A stretch of 64,000 nucleotides of DNA from Macrostomum lignano (lineage: Eukaryota). This document shows, one piece after another, positions 53,915 to 64,000 of this stretch (position 1 is its first letter; each line of letters opens with the position of its first letter). The position numbers and the translations under genes are program-made. The notes beneath the pieces are model-generated. The model did no database searches, had not been told where the DNA came from, and saw nothing but the letters and a program-made list of their open reading frames with translations. The stretch spans positions 69,404 through 133,403 of the forward strand of contig NIVC01000465.1 in NCBI GenBank assembly GCA_002269645.1. Reading direction: 5' to 3'.

Positions 53915-56900
53915 CTAGCAATCTACGCCCCCCGTTGGGGAGCCAAAGAAATGCAATACACGTTTTTTTAATAAGCTACATGTATCCTTGAAATCTTAAA
54001 AAATCTCCTATCAAACCTTGTAAGCCTTGACATGTCAGTAATTCCCCCCCACAAGCTTTAACATATCAACTTCCCCCCTTGACATCTCAGCCATGCCCCC
54101 AATAAGCCTTGGAAATCTAAAAATATCTGTCAACCTTCTAACCCTAACCCTAACCTAACCCTAAAGCATTGAAATTTCAGTAATTCTCTTTAAGAGTCAT
54201 TATAGCACTACTACAGCATTATAGCGATTCCCTGCAAGCCTCGACATCGTAGGGATTCCCAAATGAATATCTTAACTTCGACATGAAGCTTCTTTTATTT
54301 TTTACATTACGCTTTTTTAATCAGCGATCCCTCCCCTGAGGAGGCATCAAATAATGTAATAAAAAGTTTTCAATAAACTACATGTAGCTTCTGACTTTAG
54401 CCTTGAAATCTCATTTATACCCCCGTGAGCCTTGACATCTCAGCTATTCCCCCGTAAGCCTTAACATGTCAGCGATGGCGCCCATAAACCTTGAAATCTG
54501 AAAAATCCCCTGCTAACCTTGAAACTCGATAAAATATAACCCTCAACCCACACCTGACCTAAACCTAACTTTAACCCAACATAAAGCCTTGAAATCTCAG
54601 CAATTCTTCTCCCCTAAGCCTTGACATTTTAGTGATTCCTTCTTTAAGAATCACAGCACTATAACGATTTCCACCTAGCTTTGACATCGTAGCAATTCCC
54701 AAATGAATCTTTTAACTTCGACATGACTTTTCTTTTATGTATACATAGTGCTACTTTTATTTTTTACATGACTCTTCTTCTATCAGCGCCTCCCGTGGCG
54801 AGCCAACAAAGAATGCAATAAAAAAATTGAGTAAAGTACATGAACTTTGAATTAGCTTCTGACTTTTGCTTTGACATCTCAGAAACCCCCCCCCCGTAAT
54901 CTCAGTTATTCTCTGAGAGCCTTGACGTCTCAGTTTTTCTCCCCAGCACAGCATTATAGCTGCATTTAATTTTTCCATGACACCTTTCATGTCTGACATG
55001 ACGCTTCTTTTATTCTACTATGATGCTTCTTAATTTTTTAAATGACACTTTCATTAGTTTTTAAATGACGCTTCTATGATTTTTTCATGACGATTCTATG
55101 ATTTTTTACATGACGCTTCTATGATTTTTAGATGACGCTTTGATGATTGTTTACATGACGCTTATATGATTTTTAACATGACGCTTCTATGATTTTTAAA
55201 ATGACGCTTCTATGATTGTTTACGTGACGCTTCTATGATTTTTTACATGACGCTTCTATGATTTTTAACATGACGCTTCTATGATTTTTATATTACGCTC
55301 TTACGATTTTTTACATGACGCTTCTATGATTGTTTACACGATGCTTCTATGATTTTTACATGGCGCTTCTATGATTGTTTACATGGCGCTTCTATGATTG
55401 TTTATATGACGCTTCTATGATTTTTTAAATGACGCTTCTACGATTTTTTACATGACGCTTTTATGATGTTTTAGATGACGCTTCTATGATTTTTTACATG
55501 ACGCTTCTATGATTTTTTTACATGACGCTTCTATGATTGTTTACACGATGCTTCTATGATTTTTTACATGACGCTTCTATGATTTTTTACATGACGCTTC
55601 TATGATTTTTACATGACGCTTCTATGATTTTTACATGACGCTTCTATGATTTTTTACATGACGCTTCTATGATTGTTTACATGACGCTTCTATGATTTTT
55701 TACATGACGCTTCTATGATTGTTTACATGACGCTTCTATGATTGTTTACATGACGCTTCTATGATTTTTTAAATGACGTTTTTTGATTTTTATATGACGC
55801 CTCTATGATTTTTTAAATGACGCTTCTATGATTTTTATATTACGCTCTTACGATTTTTTACATGACGCTTCTATGATTGTTTACACGATGCTTCTATGAT
55901 TTTTTACATGACTCTTCTATGATTTTTACATGACGCTTCCATGATTGTTTACATGACGCTTCTATGATTTTTTACATGACGCTTCTATGATTGTTTACAT
56001 GACGCTTCTATGATTGTTTACATGACGCTTCTATGATTTTTTAAATGACGCTTCTATGATTTTTATATGACGCTTCTATGATTGTTTACATGACGCTTCT
56101 ATGATTGTTTACATGGCGCTTCTATGATTGTTTACATGACGCTTCTATGATTGTTTATATGACGCTTCTATGATTTTTTAAATGACGCTTCTACGATTTT
56201 TTACATGACGCTTTTAAGATGTTTTAGATGACGCTTCTATGATTTTTTACATGACGCTTTATGATTTTTTACATGAAGCTTCTATGATTGTTTACATGAC
56301 GCTTCTATGATTGTTTGCATGACGCTTCTATAATTTTTTACATGACGCTTCCATGATTGTTTACATGACGCTTCTATGATTTTTTACATGACGCTTCTAT
56401 GATTGTTTACATGACGCTTCTATGATTGTTTACATGACGCTTCTATGATTTTTTAAATGACGCTTCTATGATTTTTATATGACGCTTCTATGATTGTTTA
56501 CATGACGCTTCTATGATTGTTTACATGACGCTTCTATGATTGTTTACATGACGCTTCTATGATTGTTTATATGACGCTTCTATGATTTTTAAATGACGCT
56601 TCTACGATTTTTTACATGACGCTTTATGATGTTTTAGATGACGCTTCTATGATTTTTTACATGACGCTTCTATGATTTTTTACATGACGCTTCTATGATT
56701 GTTTACACGACGCTTCTATGATTTTTTACATGACGCTTCTATGATTTTTACATGACGCTTCTATGATTGTTTACATGACGCTTCTATGATTGTTTATATG
56801 ACGCTTCTATGATTTTTTACATGACGCTTCTATGATTTTTTACATGACGCTTCTATGATTGTTTACACGATGCTTCTATGATTTTTTACATGACGCTTCT

Positions 56901-59900
56901 ATGATTTTTTACATGACGCTTCTATGATTTTTTACATGACGCTTCTATGATTATTTCATGACGCTTCTACGATTTCTGCAGGACGCTTCAATGATTTTTA
57001 CATGACACCTCTATGATTTTTTACATGACGCTTCTATGATTTTTACATGACGCTTCTATGATTTTTTACATGACGCTTCTATGATTGTTTATATGACGCT
57101 TCTATGCTTTTTACATGACGCTTCTATGATTTTTTACATGACTCTTCTATGATTGTTTACATGACGCTTCCATGATTGTTTACATGACGCTTCTATGATT
57201 TTTTACATGACGCTTCTATGATTGTTTACATGACGCTTCTATGATTGTTTACATGACGCTTCTATGATTTTTTAAATGACGTTTTTTTGATTTTTATATG
57301 ACGCCTCTATGATTTTTTAAATGACGCTTCTATGATTTTTATACTACGCTCTTACGATTTTTTACATGACGCTTCTATGATTGTTTACACGATGCTTCTA
57401 TGATTTTTTACATGACTCTTCTATGATTTTTACATGACGCTTTAATGATTTTTTCATGACGCTTCTACGATTTTTTACATGAAGCTTCTATGATTGTTTA
57501 CATGACGCTTCTATGATTGTTTACATGACACCTCTATGATTGTTTACATGACGCTTCTATGATTTTTTACATGACACTTCTATGCTTTTTACATGATGCT
57601 TCCACGATTTTTTACATGACACTTCTATGATTTTTTACATGACGCTTCTATGATTTTTACATGACGCTTCCATGATTGTTTACATGACGCTTCTATGATT
57701 GTTTACATGACGCTTCTATGATTGTTTACATGACGCTTCTATGATTTTTTAAATGACGCTTCTATGATTTTTATATGACGCTTCTATGATTTTTTTACAT
57801 GACGCTTCTATGATTGTTTACACGATGCTTCTATGATTTTTTACATGACGCTTCTATGATTTTTTACATGACGCTTCTATGATTGTTTACATGACGCTTC
57901 TATGATTTTTACATGACGCTTCTATGATTTTTTACATGACGCTTCTATGATTGTTTACATGACGCTTCTATGATTTTTTACATGACGCTTCTATGATTGT
58001 TTACATGACGCTTCTATGATTGTTTACATGACGCTTCTATGATTTTTTAATGACGTTTTTTTGATTTTTATATGACGCTCTATGATTTTTTAAATGACGC
58101 TTCTATGATTTTTATATTACGCTCTTACGATTTTTTACATGACGCTTCTATGATTGTTTACACGATGCTTCTATGATTTTTTACATGACTCTTCTATGAT
58201 TTTTACATGACGCTTCCATGATTGTTTACATGACGCTTCTATGATTTTTATATGACGCTTCTATGATTGTTTACATGACGCTTCTATGATTGTTTACATG
58301 ACGCTTCTATGATTTTTTAAATGACGCTTCTATGATTTTTATATGACGCTTCTATGATTGTTTACATGACGCTTCTATGATTGTTTACATGGCGCTTCTA
58401 TGATTGTTTACATGACGCTTCTATGATTGTTTATATGACGCTTCTATGATTTTTTAAATGACGCTTCTACGATTTTTTACATGACGCTTTTAAGATGTTT
58501 TAGATGACGCTTCTATGATTTTTTACATGACGCTTTATGATTTTTTACATGAAGCTTCTATGATTGTTTACATGACGCTTCTATGATTGTTTGCATGACG
58601 CTTCTATAATTTTTTACATGACGCTTCCATGATTGTTTACATGACGCTTCTATGATTTTTTACATGACGCTTCTATGATTGTTTACATGACGCTTCTATG
58701 ATTGTTTACATGACGCTTCTATGATTTTTTAAATGACGCTTCTATGATTTTTATATGACGCTTCTATGATTGTTTACATGACGCTTCTATGATTGTTTAC
58801 ATGACGCTTCTATGATTGTTTACATGACGCTTCTATGATTGTTTATATGACGCTTCTATGATTTTTTAAATGACGCTTCTACGATTTTTACATGACGCTT
58901 TTATGATGTTTTAGATGACGCTTCTATGATTTTTTACATGACGCTTCTATGATTTTTTACATGACGCTTCTATGATTGTTTACACGACGCTTCTATGATT
59001 TTTTACATGACGCTTCTATGATTTTTACATGACGCTTCTATGATTGTTTACATGACGCTTCTATGATTGTTTATATGACGCTTCTATGATTTTTTACATG
59101 ACGCTTCTATGATTTTTTACATGACGCTTCTATGATTGTTTACACGATGCTTCTATGATTTTTTACATGACGCTTCTATGATTTTTACATGACGCTTCTA
59201 TGATTTTTTACATGACGCTTCTATGATTATTTCATGACGCTTCTACGATTTCTGCAGGACGCTTCAATGATTTTTACATGACACCTCTATGATTTTTTAC
59301 ATGACGCTTCTATGATTTTTACATGACGCTTCTATGATTTTTTATATGACGCTTCTATGATTGTTTATATGACGCTTCTATGCTTTTTACATGACGCTTC
59401 TATGATTTTTTACATGACTCTTCTATGATTGTTTACATGACGCTTCCATGATTGTTTACATGACGCTTCTATGATTTTTTACATGACGCTTCTATGATTG
59501 TTTACATGACGCTTCTATGATTGTTTACATGACGCTTCTATGATTTTTTAAATGACGTTTTTGATTTTTATATGACGCTCTATGATTTTTTAAATGACGC
59601 TTCTATGATTTTTATACTACGCTCTTACGATTTTTTACATGACGCTTCTATGATTGTTTACACGATGCTTCTATGATTTTTTACATGACTCTTCTATGAT
59701 TTTTACATGACGCTTTAATGATTTTTTCATGACGCTTCTACGATTTTTTACATGAAGCTTCTATGATTGTTTACATGACGCTTCTATGATTGTTTACATG
59801 ACACCTCTATGATTGTTTACATGACGCTTCTATGATTTTTTACATGACACTTCTATGCTTTTTACATGATGCTTCCACGATTTTTTACATGACACTTCTA

Positions 59901-62900
59901 CGATTTTTTACATGACGCTTCTATGATTTCTTACATGACGCTTCCATGATTGTTTACATGACGCTTCTATGATTGTTTACATGACGCTTCTATGATTGTT
60001 TACATGACGCTTCTATGATTTTTTAAATGACGCTTCTATGATTTTTATATGACGCTTCTATGATTTTTTTACATGACGCTTCTATGATTGTTTACACGAT
60101 GCTTCTATGATTTCTTACATGACGCTTCTATGATTTTTTACATGACGCTTCTATGATTGTTTACATGACGCTTCTATGATTTTTACATGACGCTTCTATG
60201 ATTTTTTACATGACGCTTCTATGATTGTTTACATGACGCTTCTATGATTTTTTACATGACGCTTCTATGATTGTTTACATGACGCTTCTATGATTGTTTA
60301 CATGACGCTTCTATGATTTTTTAATGACGTTTTGATTTTTATATGACGCCTCTATGATTTTTAAATGACGCTTCTATGATTTTTATACGCTCTCGATTTT
60401 TACATGACGCTTCTATGATTGTTTACACGATGCTTCTATGATTTTTTACATGACGCTTCTATGATTTTTACATGACGCTTCCATGATTGTTTACATGACG
60501 CTTCTATGATTTTTTACATGACGCTTCTATGATTGTTTACATGACGCTTCTATGATTGTTTACATGACGCTTCTATGATTTTTTAATGACGCTTCTATGA
60601 TTTTTATATGACGCTTCTATGATTTTTACATGACGCTTCTATGATTGTTTACATGGCGCTTCTATGATTGTTTACATGACGCTTCTATGATTGTTTATAT
60701 GACGCTTCTATGATTTTTTAAATGACGCTTCTACGATTTTTACATGACGCTTTTAAGATGTTTTAGATGACGCTTCTATGATTTTTTACATGACGCTTTT
60801 ATGATTTTTACATGAAGCTTCTATGATTGTTTACATGACGCTTCTATGATTGTTTGCATGACGCTTCTATAATTTTTTACATGACGCTTCCATGATTGTT
60901 TACATGACGCTTCTATGATTTTTACATGACGCTTCTATGATTGTTTACATGACGCTTCTATGATTGTTTACATGACGCTTCTATGATTTTTTCATGACGC
61001 TTCTATGATTTTTATATGACGCTTCTATGATTGTTTACATGACGCTTCTATGATTGTTTACATGACGCTTCTATGATTGTTTACATGACGCTTCTATGAT
61101 TGTTTATATGACGCTTCTATGATTTTTAAATGACGCTTCTACGATTTTTTACATGACGCTTTATGATGTTTTAGATGACGCTTCTATGATTTTTTACATG
61201 ACGCTTCTATGATTTTTTACATGACGCTTCTATGATTGTTTACACGACGCTTCTATGATTTTTTACATGACGCTTCTATGATTTTTACATGACGCTTCTA
61301 TGATTGTTTACATGACGCTTCTATGATTGTTTATATGACGCTTCTATGATTTTTTACATGACGCTTCTATGATTTTTTACATGACGCTTCTATGATTGTT
61401 TACACGATGCTTCTATGATTTTTTACATGACGCTTCTATGATTTTTTACATGACGCTTCTATGATTTTTTACATGACGCTTCTATGATTATTTCATGACG
61501 CTTCTACGATTTCTGCAGGACGCTTCAATGATTTTTACATGACACCTCTATGATTTTTTACATGACGCTTCTATGATTTTTACATGACGCTTCTATGATT
61601 TTTTATATGACGCTTCTATGATTGTTTACATGACGCTTCTATGATTTTTTACATGACGCTTCTATGATTTTTTACATGACTCTTCTATGATTGTTTACAT
61701 GACGCTTCCATGATTGTTTACATGACGCTTCTATGATTTTTTACATGACGCTTCTATGATTGTTTACATGACGCTTCTATGATTGTTTACATGACGCTTC
61801 TATGATTTTTTAAATGACGTTTTTTTGATTTTTATATGACGCCTCTATGATTTTTTAAATGACGCTTCTATGATTTTTATTACTACGCTCTTACGATTTT
61901 TTACATGACGCTTCTATGATTGTTTACACGATGCTTCTATGATTTTTTACATGACTCTTCTATGATTTTACATGACGCTTTATGATTTTTTCATGACGCT
62001 TCTACGATTTTTTACATGAAGCTTCTATGATTGTTTACATGACGCTTCTATGATTGTTTACATGACACCTCTATGATTGTTTACATGACGCTTCTATGAT
62101 TTTTTACATGACACTTCTATGCTTTTTACATGATGCTTCCACGATTTTTTACATGACACTTCTACGATTTTTTACATGACGCTTCTATGATTTCTTACAT
62201 AACGCTTCCATGATTGTTTACATGACGCTTCTATGATTGTTTACATGACGCTTCTATGATTGTTTACATGACGCTTCTATGATTTTTAACATGACGCTTC
62301 TATGATTTTTATATGACGCTTCTACGATTTTTTACATGACTCTTTTATGATTTTTTACATGACGCTTCTCTGATTGTTTGCATGACGCTTCTATGATTGT
62401 TTACACGACGCTTCTATTATTTTTTTACATGACACTTCTATGCTTTTTACATGATGCTTCCACGATTTTTTACATGACACTCTCTACGATTTTTTACATG
62501 ACGCTTCTATGATTTCTTACATGACGCTTCCATGATTGTTTACATGACGCTTCTATGATTGTTTACATGACGCTTCTATGATTTTTTAAATGACGCTTCT
62601 ATGATTTTTATATGACGCTTCTACGATTTTTTACATGACTCTTTATGATTTTTACATGACGCTTTCTCTGATTGTTTACATGACGCTTCTATGATTGTTT
62701 ACACGACGCTTCTATTATTTTTTACATGACGCTTCTATGATTTTTTACATGACTCTTCTATGATTGTTTACATGACGCTTCTATGATTGTTTACATGAAG
62801 CTTCTATGATTGTTTACATGGCGCTTCTATGATTGTTTACATGGCGCTTCTATGATTGTTTACATGACGCTTCTATGATTGTTTATATGACGCTTCTATG

Positions 62901-64000
62901 ATTTTTTAAATGACGCTTCTACGATTTTTACATGACGCTTTTATGATTTTTTAGATGACGCTTCTATGATTTTTTACATGACGCTTCTATGATTTTTTAC
63001 ATGACGCTTCTATGATTGTTTACACGATGCTTCTATGATTTTTTACATGACGCTTCTATGATTTTTTACATGACGCTTCTATGATTTTTACATGACGCTT
63101 CTATGATTGTTTACATGACGCTTCTATGATTGTTTACATGACGCTTCTATGATTGTTTATATGACGCTTCTATGACGCGCGCTTCTATGATTTTTTACAT
63201 GACGCTTCTATGATTGTTTACACGATCTTCTATGATTTTTTACATGGACGCTTCTATGATTTTTTACATGACGCTTCTTTGATTTTTACATGACGCTTCT
63301 ATGATTATTTCATTGACGCTTCTACGATTTCTGCAGGACGCTTCAATGGATTTTTACATGACACCTCTATGATTTTTACATGACGCTTCTATGATTGTTT
63401 TTACATGACGCTTCTATGATTGTTTACATGACGCTTCTATGCTTTTTTTACATGACGCTTCTATGATTTTTTACATGACGCCTACTATGATTTTTACATT
63501 ACGCTTCTATGATTGTTTACATGACGCTTCCATGATTGTTTACATGACGCTTCTATGATTTTTTACATGACGCTTCTATGATTGTTTACATGACGCTTCT
63601 ATGATTGTTTACATGACGCTTCTATGATTTTTTAAATGACGTTTTTTTTGATTTTTATATGACCCTCTATGATTTTTTAAATGACGTCTATTTTTTTTAT
63701 ATTACGCTCTTACGATTTTTTACATGACGCTTCTATGATTGTTTACACGATGCTTCTATGATTTTTTACATGACTCTTCTATGATTTTTACATGACGCTT
63801 TAATTTTTTCATACGCTTCTCGATTTTTTACATGACGTTCTATGATTTTTTACATGACGCTTCTATGATTGTTTGCATGACGCTTCTATGATTGTTTACA
63901 TGACGCTTCTATGATTTTTTACATGACGCTTCTATGCTTTTTACATGATGCTTCCACGATTTTTTACATGACGCTTCTATGATTTTTTACATGACGCTTT
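53915..64000 (-). mobile_element. Related Helitron-like element 3 (3' end only), grading into the large satellite
   Basis: cccc-aac-gggg hairpin + cgtagattgCTAG|T at 53915; degenerate repeats of this end region near 54330 and 54780. Confidence 0.5.
55000..64000. repeat. ~23-bp satellite B (acatgacgcttctatgattgttt), >9 kb, with a ~2.27-kb higher-order repeat
   Basis: Direct reading; the rare variant containing ctgcag occurs at 56976, 59252, 61513 and 63331. Confidence 0.98.

Noticed and set aside
54140-54166. (TAACCC)n telomere-like run
   Set aside because: Only about four imperfect units inside a dispersed repeat; not evidence of a telomere or fusion site.

Overview
Eukaryotic, very repeat-rich animal DNA. 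The style is compatible with a free-living flatworm such as Macrostomum (inference only). Most ORF-track entries are artefacts of tandem repeats. Supported coding content: (1) a long intronless ORF of unknown family on the minus strand (46-2589) with an internal ~50-aa duplicated motif; (2) a decayed Ingi/I-group LINE (RT + RNase H) at ~4380-5985; (3) two tandem class A GPCR paralogues (9044-10938 with one intron; 19568-20854 without it); (4) a small ubiquitin-like ORF (22838-23134); (5) the 3' ~two thirds of a tomosyn/STXBP5 gene on the minus strand (46430 down to 27057), whose core exons I could join by eye with consistent splice phases. Its last intron is a GC-AG intron that is in frame and stop-free. 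(6) Not in the ORF track: a second, divergent R-SNARE exon (24181-24324) 2.7 kb downstream of tomosyn, same strand and same length as tomosyn's terminal SNARE exon. It is either an alternative last exon or the end of a stand-alone SNARE-only microprotein. From 46522 to the window end, the putative tomosyn intron holds a head-to-tail array of non-autonomous Helitron-like elements. Two carry a tRNA-like Pol III unit, and they contain two related 23-bp satellites, one >9 kb long with a ~2.27-kb higher-order repeat. tRNA-derived SINEs and about twenty micro/minisatellites fill the rest.
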